From the NCBI GenBank assembly GCA_030704615.1, contig CM060734.1, forward strand, positions 58,652,001 through 58,716,000: DNA of 64,000 nucleotides, written 5' to 3'. Position numbers and translations under genes: made by a program. The notes under the pieces were generated by a model. That model was not told the DNA's origin. It searched no databases and was given only the letters and a program-made list of their open reading frames with translations. Shown in pieces: positions 49,938 to 62,600 of this stretch (position 1 is its first letter; each line of letters opens with the position of its first letter). This DNA is from Takakia lepidozioides (Eukaryota > Plantae > Bryophyta).

Positions 49938-52135
49938 ACTATGATAGCAGTCATGTACATGTCTGTTACAACAATGAAATATAATATATAATACAAAGAG
50001 AACAAGGCAGCAAGACATAACTGCAACAAGCTGAGCAAAACCAAGAGATAGCAAAACCAAGAGATTGCACACCATCTCTATTTACCAATCTATTTATCAT
50101 TATCATTTTTGTTGCGATCTAAAAATACATTAAATAGTCACGTGTTCTCATGTGAATTATTTTGTCTAACTATAACACTTTGAAAAGTGTTCACCCGGAA
50201 TCTTCTAACTACTCATGTATTCCATCAATCTGCAACCCATCAAAAACGGCTTGCATGGCTTTAAGAATTACTACAGCAAGGACATTTGTTTATTTTCCAA
50301 GTTCTTGCTTAAGATGCACCAACCAATATTGCATTGTGAGACACTCACTCGCTATACTCCAAAGCGTCCAGGGAAGGTCACTGAGCAACCTGCCAAGGCG
50401 GAAACAATTAAGAGAATTATCTAATACCATATATGAAAAACCAATGCCAGTGTTGTTTATGGTAACTTCTATCCCATGTCCTAAACAAACCAAAGCAAAA
50501 AGGTTGGTGTGTGTTGGCGAAGTCGTCAGATAATTCACAAAGAAACATGCACTAAAAATGAAACCCAGGATGATAGGAAGGTCACTCACGTTTATACAAA
50601 GATGTCTTGCCCATTGCCCAGCACCCTGCGTCACCCACACTCTATCTCTATTCCTTCAGCTATCCATGCCTCTGCACAAATCAAGCATTCATCCTTGCCT
50701 TGCTGCTAGCAGCTGACAATGACAACCTACATTTGTTCTAGGAAACACCCAACTTAGCGTAGCACACTAGTTCCTATGCTGAATTGCGTTTGCTACTCTC
50801 TGAAATGTAGCAGGCATTCACCTTTCTGCCCCGGTTGACCCATCAGTGACTGGGCTCAGATAAGTATTCATTCCACAGCTTCTCCTCATCTCTGTTACCT
50901 ATCTTTTGACGCTTTCTTGTTGTCACATGGGCAGTATCATGTCAAAGTCACTCCAAACTAGATTCACTCAACCAGCTAACTTGCAGAATTGAACATGTAA
51001 ATTTAGGGTCGATTCTGATAAGAGGGAAAAACAGGGTGAAATGTGTTGAAGAAGATGCCTTCATTAGCAGTGCCTGATTTTATCACTTGTGCCGCTGCTG
51101 CCAGTTGACCATCTACCCATGCAGGTTTCTTGTAGCTATTGATCCACAGGGAATCACAGGTAATCTTGTGCTTGAAATCTGGCCTTCTTGGATGAATCTG
51201 GACCCACACGAAATCCCTGCTCCTTCAGCTATCCATGCCTCTGCACAAATCATGCATACATCCTCGCCTTGCTGCTAGCAGCTGACAATGACAGCCTAGA
51301 ATTGTCAAAGCAAACACTAGCAGGGAAAACATGGTGAAATATGTTGAAGAAGGTACCTTCATCATTTTCTCCATCATTTGCTTTCAGGTGTCCAAAGCCC
51401 CATCCCGCGCTCTTGCTCTGCAAACCCTTCGAGCATCGCATTCCACGACACCACATCTAGTTCAGCCATAGTGTTGAACACTCCCTTGGCATCCTCAATG
51501 CTCCCACATTTAGCATACATGGCCACCAGAGCCATGTTCAGGATGACATCTGGTACAATTGCAGATTTGATGATGTCACCAGGGATCTCTTTGCCCTTTT
51601 CCAGGGCTGCCAGACGCACTGCAAACGCACACAAACGTTATGTCGGCGGCCTTCACCCCTTCCCCCATCATTTTCTCAAAGGTTGGAGCCTCCATCCCGC
51701 ACCCCAGCTGTGCATACCCAGCAAGCATCGCACTCCACGACACCACATCTCGTTCAGCCACAGTGTTGAACACTCCCTTTGCATCCTCAATGCACCCACA
51801 ATTGGCGTACATGTCCACCAGGGCAGGGGCAGTGTTCAAAAGGACATGTGGTAATTTGACAGGCATTCACCTCCTGACTTGGCTATTCCCAACCCATCCT
51901 GCCATTGGCAAGAGATTCCACAGAAACTGATAGTTGTCTGTTTGACTGTATAACTATGTATCTCTTGCTTTCTTACAGCTTGTATTGTGACACGCGTAAT
52001 GCTCTTGTTGTGTTGAATCATTTCACGCCTTCAGGTTTCAGAACAAACATTACCGTCTTTCTTTATCAGACATGTGCACCAAGACAGAATCTCACCAAAA
52101 GATTGTTGGTGTTCAACAGTACCATACATGAAGAT
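49938..52135 (-). repeat. ~2.2-kb inverted segmental duplication, right copy
   Basis: Reverse complement of 28139-30324. Confidence 0.95.
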
Positions 52136-55100
52136 CAGGGAGGATGTACCTTGATGCCGCACTGTTTCAGGGGAACTAATAACACACCCCAAATGCTATT
52201 GTAGGGGAACAACAGTGGGGTCAAAGTACTTTTGAGGATTGAGCCTTTCGCACGGGTGAATGGAGACCGTGGATTTGAGATTCCCTTCATGACATGGGAC
52301 ATGAAGAGAACGGCAATCCAGATCCTAAAATCTGGGAAGATTTCTGTCTGGATTTCTAGTTCTGTGATCCAAACATCCACTGCTTTTATTGTGGATAAAT
52401 GTTATTTTACCCTCTGAATTGTATACTGGTACTTCACTTGAAGGTGTTATGACAGTGGAGATCACATACCTACCTTTGGTGGAAGGTGTTGGGCTCTTCC
52501 TGATGATGAAACTGGGTCAGTAATAGTGTTTCTATTCCCATCTTTGTGACAACTGTGTACAATCTTCAGCTTCACGGAGCTGTTCATATACCATACTTAG
52601 AAAGAGAGTTTCTATTCTGCTCCAGTTTTGTTGGAAATTGGGACGATCATACCTGGTACTCAATGTATCTGTTAGGTCTTTCATGCAAAGAACTGCTTCT
52701 TTCGCACACACCTTTCTAAAAATAGAAGAGCAGAGGTGAATGCGAGCCTGTCCTGATTGGTTAACTTCATCCAATTGTGACGGCAAGGTTGATTAGGGGA
52801 ATGCTTGCGCGTGAGCCTGGCCGCGTGAGCCTGTGAGCCTGTGAGCCTGGCTAGGCTCACGCCACGTCAGCAAGCTTCCACGTGTTCAGGCCGTAATTCC
52901 GTGCTTACCCCCCCTATTACCGCGGATCAGCTGTCGCCTATGTCCTAATTTTTTATCCCTCTTCAAGGCCCCCACATGAATATTCTTTGTGGCCGAGAAC
53001 AATGGCAGGTTTGCGGATGAATTATGATTGAGGTCATGACTTTGGAATGAGGAGATCGTCCACTAGAGAACTGAATATTAAAATCAAACATTTTTTTTGG
53101 GCAAAGCAGTACATTCATTCCAACACACAATCATTTTTCAATTCCGCAATCCGAAGACCTATTTTAGGCAATCCCCAACTGTACTTACGGGAACGCGCAA
53201 AGAACTTGAAAAACAGTTTGGAGATGGAAGCAAAACCAAAATACAATTTATTGAGCCTCGGTACTTGAACCTAAAGAAATATTGGAGGTTTCAGAGGAAC
53301 CACTTCCAGAGTGTACAGCAATATCATCTATGAATACAGCAGCACATCCATGACGTTTTTTTTTTCCTCGACCTTCATGGAGATGCGAGTACAGTGTTTG
53401 TTCGGATAATACCCGTGCGCAAGCTTCCGCGTAAACCGGCAAGCGGTTGGATCTAGGGGGACTCGGGGACATGTAGTATCCTTGGAAACCGAAAGGCGTC
53501 TGCTGATTCGATGACTGGTGCTGAACTCTGCAAAGCAAGAAGAGGAATGGTGGTATATGTTAACATCCAGATATAGACAACGGAAGCCACTATTTCTCGA
53601 ATGGGAACGACACAAGGAAATGTAACATATTTTGCACGAGTACACAAGAACTTACTCACACTCAAAATCGGAGTCCACGTCCAGATCCTCGTCAGGCGCT
53701 TCGGGCTCCTCCAGAAGTCCCTCTGTGGATGGGGCAGAAGTAGTGCCCGACTCAAGCTGACGAAGCTCGCTTGAGAAGAGCTCTGTATCAGCTTCAATGC
53801 CGAAGAAGTGCCTTCCGGCGCTCTTGCAAGCATGAAAACATGCTCCTGCAAATCCAAGAAGAACGAGAAATAAAAACCAGGTTTCCCTAAGGTCACTGCC
53901 CATATGTCAAACACAATGTGAAGGGCGCCACCTGTGCCCATAGACAAGTCAACCACTCGTCCACCATGACGGCTGCATGTCTCCACCAAAGTCTACATGA
54001 AAGCTGGAGATTTCTCCCGTGCACCTCTCCAAGGGACACCATTCGTCCTTTTCATAGTCCGACCCGAGTCGACGTAATTGAAGATAACATCATCCTCCAC
54101 AGGCTCGCAGGTGGGGTCAATGTGAGCTGCAAGGTCCCTCAACTGAAACTCAGCAACACCAGCAGGAAGAGTGTCCGTCCGCCTCACCAGGCACAAAGCT
54201 TCGAACACTCGTGTCTGTCATTAATCACGAAGAGGGAATGAGACAGAAGACATAACCCACCATTTTGATTTACCGGAAAACCACGAAACATCAATTGAAA
54301 GGAACCAACTCACTTTCTGCCCCGGGAACTCGCCCTTCGTAAGAGGCAGAGTATTGATGCATGTCCAAGTTTTGATGACACGAAACCCAGAAGCTTTCAT
54401 GTAGCTGAAAAGAGTTCTTCGAGCCGACATGTCCTTTGACTGCATGAGAAGTAGAGCCCCCGAGTCCGAAAGGAACTTGTTGCTGAACGAGAAAGCCCAC
54501 TGCCAATAACGAGAATCCGATTTGTTCCAAGTCGGGGTCGAATTGGAAGGAAACACATCAGGGATAGCAAAACCGTCAGGAATGTCCAGCACCACAAGGT
54601 CAGTCGCGTATGCCTGTTGAACTCCATTCACCCATTCCGGACTTTTTGTGACCTACAGCCAAAAACATGAGACATTGTAAGAAGCCCAATCCAAATCTAA
54701 CAGGAGATCAATCCCCTGGACAAGCCACAACAAGCTGCCAAACACAATTATTCATACAACAGTTTAGACATAAGTTTTCACCTGAGTGAGGAACGAAACA
54801 AGCATGTCCCACGATTTCGAGGGCACCCCTTTGAATGTGGACTTCCTCGACTCCATCATTGAAAGAAAACTTTCATTCAGCACCTTACGATTGAACTGGC
54901 CCAAAACCCTGGAGGGATGTTCTCTCGCCTCGAAAACTTGCTCCCTGGACTTTGAAGTTCTTCTATCCCTCCTTGCAGGAGAAGGCTGTCTTTCAGGAAC
55001 CTCTGACGGTCCCTGTCCTTGCGGAGCTGCACTTTTCCCCTTCCCCTTCGGATCCCCGACAACCTTCCCCTTTCGTTTTGGAGTAGCAGTTTTCTCGGGC

Positions 55101-55511
55101 TCTTTTGCAGCCAGAGCCGAAATGATTCTGTCCTGGATGTCTTTCTCAGCCAATGGGGCAATCGCTGCGGCATTGTCGTTCAGGTTTCTCAAAACAACTT
55201 CATCGAATGGGGTGTCATGTTTTGGCAGGTCGAGGTACCACCCACAGTCTCGGAAGTGCGCCCTGCTCCAGTCTTTGGCAATACCAGCCGTGTACATTGT
55301 CTTGTCATTGGAGGGGTCAGCCCATGAATAGATGAAGTCTGGGTCATCGCTAAGGTACTTTCCCGGTATGAGGATATGATACATATACCTGAATCACACA
55401 CAAAAAACCCAGACAGTTATTCGATCAGAAAACGAAAAAGAACACACATTCGGAAAAAGATATTGAAATGCAGGAAGGCAACACTGAGAATTCTACTTTT
55501 GAAATCCCGAA

Positions 55512-56138
55512 TCAACCTTGCGTTGACGCAATGTTCATTCGAGCAGAAATGGGGAACACCAAATGATAATGTTGTATTAATAGAGACAACGACTGAGAAG
55601 CGCAATTCAACATTGCTTCAACGCAAGGTTGTTTTCATTCAGAGAGGAAATGGAAAACACTGCCTGAAAACTACCATCAGACTATGTACTGGTGCGGATA
55701 TTCAACATTGCATTGGCGCAATGTTGAAATCCTCTGTTGAAACACATGTCAATGCTATCTCATAATCATAAGTTTCCTACAATTGTATTGAAATCGGGGG
55801 ATGGCTACGGGAAATTTCCAGCAATCCATACCGCCAAACAACCTTGCGTCAACGCAAGGCGGTTTGTTGGTACAGTGAAAGTTGTAAATAGCATTTCAAA
55901 CCGACTCCAAACAGTCTTATGTTCATCTTGGCAGCATTGGAACTGGATTTGAACTACCCAAAACAACAGGAAAAGCTACATAGCCTGCCACTTCATCAAC
56001 CTTGCGTTGACGCAAGGCTGATTTTCCTATCAGTTTATCCCCATTATTCACATTCAGAAAAACGGCATTATGGGATACTTAGGTATAGGTAAGGGAAACC
56101 AGGACAATGGGAAACAACCTTGCGTTAACGCAATGTTG
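55512..56138. repeat. Six intronic copies of the palindrome (TC)AACCTTGCGT-YR-ACGCAAGGTT
   Basis: Copies at 55512, 55607, 55701, 55839, 55995 and 56115, all inside intron 55389-56269. Confidence 0.9.
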
Positions 56139-58016
56139 CTCGATTGCACATGCAGAGCCCTCAGAGATCTCGCAAAGCACTGCAAATTCGCAATTCTTTA
56201 TGGAAAGAACGACACAAGATTGCAGAAACATGCCCTTCAAGCACCAATTTTGATTCAAGGAGGTCACACCTGTACAACACTCGCTTCATTGCTTGCTCGC
56301 TGTTGTACTGGTTTTTGAATTCGTAAGACCTGGAGATTCCTTTCTCTTTCTCAAACTCCCTGAAGAAGCAGTTGTTCCAGACAGCGAGCTTCCATCTCCT
56401 GATATAGGCCTCCAGTGTGATCCGGGGGCAAGCCATCTGGATTTTGTAGTCTGCCATCGACTCAGCAAGTGCAGCCACTGCGCGTTTTTCTAACTGCAAC
56501 AAGAAAGTCGTAAGAATTTTCAAGAGGTTACGGAGCATCAAAAATGTCTGAAAATGGTTTGGTTCAAACCTTACCTGGCTCCAGAATGTGGCTTTGTGTA
56601 GCCACTGGTCGAATGTGTGGTCGCTAACAACTCTTATTGCTTGTGTCTTCGGGTCCCTCTCTGGAGTTGGGAACATGTTCGTGTCTCTCACAAGAGGATC
56701 CGAATTCCATATCTCCAACCACCTGATTTTGGTTGCATTGTCCACCATTGAAATGGAAAGGCGATGTAGTTTCTCTTGAGTCATTTCTGGCTTGGAGCCA
56801 TACTTATCATAGTGTGCTTTCACCTGTTCCAGAAATTCCGTGCCAAGACCTGGGTCTGCTATCCGGATCTGTTTGTCGAATGCACTCATGAGGTTCTTCC
56901 TTTGATTTTTCATCTCGAACTTCATAATGTCCTCAAGCCCAGTTGCAGACCGCTGCTCTTCTGTGTGGGAATCATAGTACTCTGCTTTCGCCTTCAATCC
57001 AGTTTCTGCTATTTCTTGCTGCATACATAACAGGTAAAAAGAATCAAAGACTGCAATTTCATCACAAAATTTGCAGTATTAACAGGCAAAAGGTGTCAAA
57101 AAACTTACAGTGTACATGTACTCAAGAAAAGCCTCCCTTGTCAAGCTGTACCATGTGCTTGTCTTCTTTTCAGCACACCTCTTCATCTGCTGAGGACTGA
57201 GCACGTTCGTGAATGACTCCAGTGGCATCAGCCCTACCTTCTGGATGCGGAATAGAGTGTGGCACAGATTGGTCGTCACATGAGATGTTTCATTGGACCT
57301 GGAAAAACCTTCAACTCATAAGATGATTTCAAATTGTCGAAACAAGTAACAGACACAAAGTTGGAAACTTACTTGTTTATGTCGTGCATGGCTGTCAAGA
57401 GCTGCGTGACACGTCCTTTGTGATCGAGAACCATGGAAACCACGCTCCAGTGCCATTCGATGTCGTCCGAGTGCAAGCTTGAAATGTAATCATCCAGGCA
57501 AGCAGTCTGTGGTTCCCATCCCAGACAAAAAACATCTTTCCCATGAATGCTTTTGTGGAGGCCTTTTTGGACAGCTTGAACTCGAACTCCCTGTTTACAT
57601 CCCGCCAGCATGCATCCCAACCTTGCTCAATGTCCTCTGTTACAAGACACTCCTCTCCTTTCGTGTTCATAGTGGATACATAGAACACTGCTGATCCCTT
57701 GACATAGCCGTGAACAAAGTCGTTCTTCAACTTCGTTATATCGTTCCTCAAAGCCGGTCGAACAGCGGGCATGGAGATCATCCTGCACAGCGGAATGACC
57801 AGGTTTCCGCCCGGAACCTCCATCGACAGAATCACCTTCGACGAGTTCACTTTTTGCCCACCAATTATCTCCTCGGCCTTGTCTTCATAGTTTCCCTCCA
57901 ATGCATCTTCCTCACCTTCACCTTCGGACCCGGCCAAATCTTCCCCCTCGGATTTCCTTTTTCTTTTCCTCTGCACAGAATGAATTATCTGTGAGTGACA
58001 GATTGAGCACCCATGG

Positions 58017-58521
58017 ATCAACATTGCTTTGACGCAAGGTTGATTGATGGGGATGTAGTTTAGACTGAAAAGCATACAGGAAAAACTTTTCAAGCAAAAA
58101 AGTGCTTTGCGTTGACGCAGGGTTCTTTTGGGAGCTTCAACTAATCAACTTTCCCTACCTTACATTTCAGGATATGAGAGATCGGACGCCTCCATTGAAC
58201 AAAAAACTCATCAAAACCAGCCTTGCGTCAACGCAATGTTGATTCCTGTGCTAAGTTCTATCATACACAATGGAGGTAGGCATCAACCTTGCGTTGACGC
58301 AAGGTTGATTGCGAGCTCTCGGATCGGTGTTGAATACAACAAAAGCTACAGGAAAAGTTGATTGCTGTGTCTTCTTCTTCTTCGAACTTGATGATGCGTC
58401 GCAAGCATCCATGTCTGTCTAGCTTGATTGTAGAGCAGCACCTGCACTGTTTTCATGCACAATATATATACTTGGGAGGTCGACTTCAACCTTGCGTTGA
58501 CGCAAAGTTGATGTCGACCTC
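58017..58521. repeat. Five intronic copies of the same palindrome
   Basis: Copies at 58017, 58105, 58218, 58282 and 58476 (the last extended to a 46-bp hairpin), all inside intron 57971-58577. Confidence 0.9.
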
Positions 58522-59099
58522 AATGCTTAGCAAGAACCAGAAAGAATCAGAGAGAGAGAATGAGAGTTCATAGCCACCTCCGGTTTCTTCTTTGCACTTG
58601 ATGATGCTCCTGACGCATTCAATCTTTCCATTTCGTCTGGAGGTAGCATGCTTCCAAGGAGGTCCCGATGGTGCGAAACAAGGGCAGACGACATCGTTTC
58701 CGCGTCCGTTTGTTCTCCCTGCTCTTTGAAGACCTGTTTCTCTACTCGCAGTGCTTCCTCCCTAGCCCAGCTCACTTCCTCGTCCTCCCCCCTTCTATTG
58801 GAGGTTGCTCATCGGTCGCCTCCGGGATCACTTCAAGACCTTCCTCTCCACACTGCGGTTGCAGAATCCTGTTCTGCCCTTCGTCTTCCTCTACGCCGGA
58901 TGTTTCTTCTCCCATTCTAAGTTCCCGTCTCGCCTTCCTCATCCTCTCCTTAGCGCGTGCCCTTTGCTTCTTTGATGTGAAATAAAGTGTTCTTCGACGC
59001 TTGCTTCTCCCTCGGAATGGGGTCACCGTCTCTGCAGAATCCAGGGTTGCAAAGACAATAACGAGAAGAGGGAAAAAAGAGGACTATGGAGGTTCATCG

Positions 59100-59662
59100 C
59101 AAGGCCTTCAACGCCAAGATGTTCGCTCGCAACGTTCAGTGCGCCACTGACTCATTCCACATGCATGGCGAACACGTGTCCATCTAATCGTTATGAAATA
59201 TCGGCGGAGATCATTGGATCCTCATCCATTCAAAAACCGTTGGGGTCTAATCACCTCCCATCTGAAAAAGTTCGTTATTCTGGCATGTTCCAGAGGAATG
59301 TCAAGTGTGTACAGTTGTATAGCGTGTAGGTGCCGTTAAAATTAAATGGAAATGGGCATCTCTTCTGGCCTCTCTGACATGACAACCAAACGGCGGCTCT
59401 GTCAGTCAATCTATCAACGAATGCACTGGTGGGGCACTTGTGAAAAAACAGTTGGATTCTAGGATTAGGGCTGACATTATGACCATGCGCTTGGTTTTCA
59501 TGGGGAGACATTTCACAGAAGTGGAAACCCGCGTTAGGGATCTGCAAGCCGGAGCGATACCTGTAATTCTCTGTGAGGAATGCAAAAACTCCGCTCCCAC
59601 ACAATTTGCATTCACAAGCATGGTCGGACTGTGAACTCTACTTTCTGAAGCAACATCGACAT
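59100..59662. promoter_or_regulatory. Putative bidirectional promoter between the accessory gene and the transposase
   Basis: Inferred only from the head-to-head gene arrangement with a ~560-bp gap. Confidence 0.4.
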
Positions 59663-62600
59663 ATGGCCTCCCAAGCCATGGGCTGCCTTGACGCGGACTT
59701 CTTCAGTGAGGACCACCCTGTGCCATTTTCTTACGAGGTGGAAGATGATGGTTTTGCGCTGGTGCATGAACACGTCCTCGCAACGCAGTTTCGGTTGGAA
59801 AATGGAACTCTATTCCTTCAAAGGGAAGTGTACGATGGCAATGGAAAACTTCTCAAGTACGTGTTCCAGAAACCTTTGCATACTGCACCAGCCACACAAT
59901 GGAGAGTGCCTCCAGGCAGATACAGGGTGCTCAGTGCCCCTCTGAGACAGTCTGCAGGATCTTTCCTTACTCCTGGCACGGCAGCATCAGTGGCCCAGGA
60001 GAAAACACCCGTGGTTGTCAAGAAGGAGATGAGTACCGTTAACACTGTAGTTGAGCTTTCGGACTCATCCTCCGATGACACATGTGCAATACCGCCCGTG
60101 GATCAGCCATGTCCCCTGTAGAAGCAGATGTGGAGGAGATCACCAGTGTCATTCCTAAACTGAAAGCCATGGGAGGGATGGCAGGTTTCAAGAGTGAGTT
60201 GAGGGGGATAGACTGGAGCACTTTCAATATTCAGAGGGTGGCATTCTTGCCGGAATCTTTTGATGGTAATACTGTTTTCGAGCTGCCTCCTCCTGGTCGC
60301 TTGGGGGGCATTTCTAGTCTCCTGGAAGGAATGGACAAAAAGCACGATGGGCACCCTTGGTGCCGCACAAAAACCTCCAATATTCACAACAACGACAAAC
60401 TCATATTCAGGCGAACAGTCTGTAATGGGCACCTGAAATGCGAGAATATGAAATGCAGACACTTCGCATTGTCAGGTGTGCAAAACCAAAGCGAATGGGA
60501 TGGTGTCAGTGAGAATCCATTCAAGCCTGGGGGGACACCACCATACAGTAACACTTTTGTGTGCAAGTTCTGTAGGGTACCACCTTGCTGCCTTGCTTTG
60601 TGTGGCGCCAGAATGTATTATGTGGTGCATCGATTCAAAACCCTGACTAGAGCCTGTGTCCATTTCGGTTTTCACAACCACCCTGTGTCCAAGGGGGATT
60701 ATAGGGAGAGCGTTGACACAGTCTCGCGTCTGATAAGGCAAGAGTTGGATACCAATCCAACTGGAACCACATCTGCAATTGCCATGGGGGCGAGCAAGTC
60801 CTTTCTGGAAAGCCGTATTCTGTGTGCATCAAATTCGGTTGGAGGAATACTGGAGGGATCGGCTTTGGACACTGTTATGGACCATTTCTCAACTTTGACT
60901 TCTCCAAACATTAGGAATCAGGTGAACGCTTTAAGAATGGGCTCTGGGAGCCGAGGTTATATGGACAATATTATGGATTTGAAGAAAAGGAGCATGTATG
61001 ACTACATCCAAGACAGCGTTTTCCCGGGACAAGGAGCCAGGAAAGTGTTCTTGTTCAAAATGTCCACAAAAGGTGAGGGCAGCGGGGTCAGCCTGGTTAA
61101 ACGTATGCAGAAGGGTGGTGATCTTGGCAACTGCTTCCTTATGTTCGATCATGTCAAGAGGGTTAAAGACTGGACCACAATGGCATGTCATGTTTACGAC
61201 CCTGTGTACCAGCGGGTCATGACAATTGCAGTGTGTGACATGCAGTCAGAGGACACAGATTCACAACAGCTCATGTGGGAAGCTCTCATTCGAGTTATGG
61301 CCTCCAATGGTCTCCCATCTCCCAATTTCGTTGGTTTCATGGCCGATAGTGCTCAAGCTAACTTCAACGCTGTCCGCATTGTGTTCGGGACGGGAGACCC
61401 AAAAGTGCCAATGCCTGGAAGAGAACGTACATGTCTTTTCCATTGGACACAATCCCTGGACAAACACACAAAGACATACATCAAGCCAGATATGCAGACT
61501 ATGCATCGCCAACTGTGCAACCAGTACAAGGACGCCAAAACTATGGGGAAGCGAATACATTGTTCCAGACAATTCGTGCCTGGTGGTACTCATCTGGAGC
61601 GGCATCGGAGGACAGCATGAGGGCACTGCAAGACTGGTTCGCATTTTGGCACTTCCGTTACCGACAGTGGGGAGCGGCCATGACAACGGTGAGTGGTTTG
61701 TATTCACCTTCGTTTGGGTGCTTCGGATATATCTTTCAGGGTCCAATCCTAATATCGGGTTTCTGTTTTTTTTCCTTGCAGCATATGTCCATTGAGGAGA
61801 TGGCGGACATGCCTTCTTGCAATCTTGCAGAGACAGTGCACAATGCCTGGTTGCAACAATCCGGCAAAAAAGGGAGAGATTTGTATGCGGCGACGGCCGA
61901 TGACCTCATTCGTGCTCTGCAGCAGCAAACCAGATATAGGTCATTCTTGAGGGGTGGCCTTGGTGGCAAAGGTCCGGACAGGAGCGAGTTGATGTTGCGG
62001 GCAGCTGGAAGATCAGGGGATCCCAGCAAAATAGCGCGGGCAGTGAGCATATGTGCAGATGGCACCCCTCTCGTGGGAAGAGTTCCCCATCTGGAAGGCG
62101 AAGAGAGATTCGGGTCTTGCAAACGGAAATTGGACACCCCTCCCGGATCGGATGCAGATTCCCATAGGCCGGACAGGGTGAACTTCTCGACGCCACGTGT
62201 TCACTTGGATCAGAGATGGAATTGCGGAACATCCACAGGTGAGGGCTACTCTGGCCCAAACCGGACCCCTGCATCAAGCATTGTCACTGCAATGGTTGAA
62301 GACCACAACGTGGTGCCGCATATAATCGAGTCCATGGGCTTGGACGAGGTTTGGCATATAGAACGCACAAGTGCTGGATCTCGTGTGAAATGCGCGGCGA
62401 TCAGGGCCACCAATCATGAAAAATGTACATCATTAATCTCCAGAGGGAAAGAACGCACTGCAGCTCCTACATTCACGGGTTTGTTTCTCCCTTACGGACA
62501 AGGCGAGGCAAAGAACCACAAGTTCTGGTTCTGCGCTGACGATTGTGGGAGATGTGTGCATGGTACAGTGAGGCCTTCCGTGGTAAGGAAGCCTACTCCA

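Larger units (their letters stand above)
53652..59100 (-). pseudogene. MULE accessory gene: ParB/Srx-like domain, helical region and beta-class amino (N6A/N4C) DNA methyltransferase-like domain; exons ~59100-58578, 57970-57373, 57298-57109, 57018-56575, 56493-56270, 55388-54782, 54652-54314, 54214-53932, 53845-53652
   Basis: All junctions are GT-AG and phase-compatible. FFVWDGNHRLLAW resembles the ParB/Srx motif. DLVVLDIPDG occupies the motif IV position, followed by REKSPAFM*TLVETCSRHGGRVVDLSMGTGACFHACKSAGRHFFGIEAD (motifs X-I-II). Frameshifts at ~58790 and ~57490 and a TAG at 53993. The start codon and last exon are uncertain. Confidence 0.78.

Noticed and set aside
53652-59100. Bacterial contamination or a recent bacterial insert as the source of the ParB/MTase sequence
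   Set aside because: The gene is split by at least eight canonical spliceosomal introns and lies within a TSD-flanked eukaryotic transposon.
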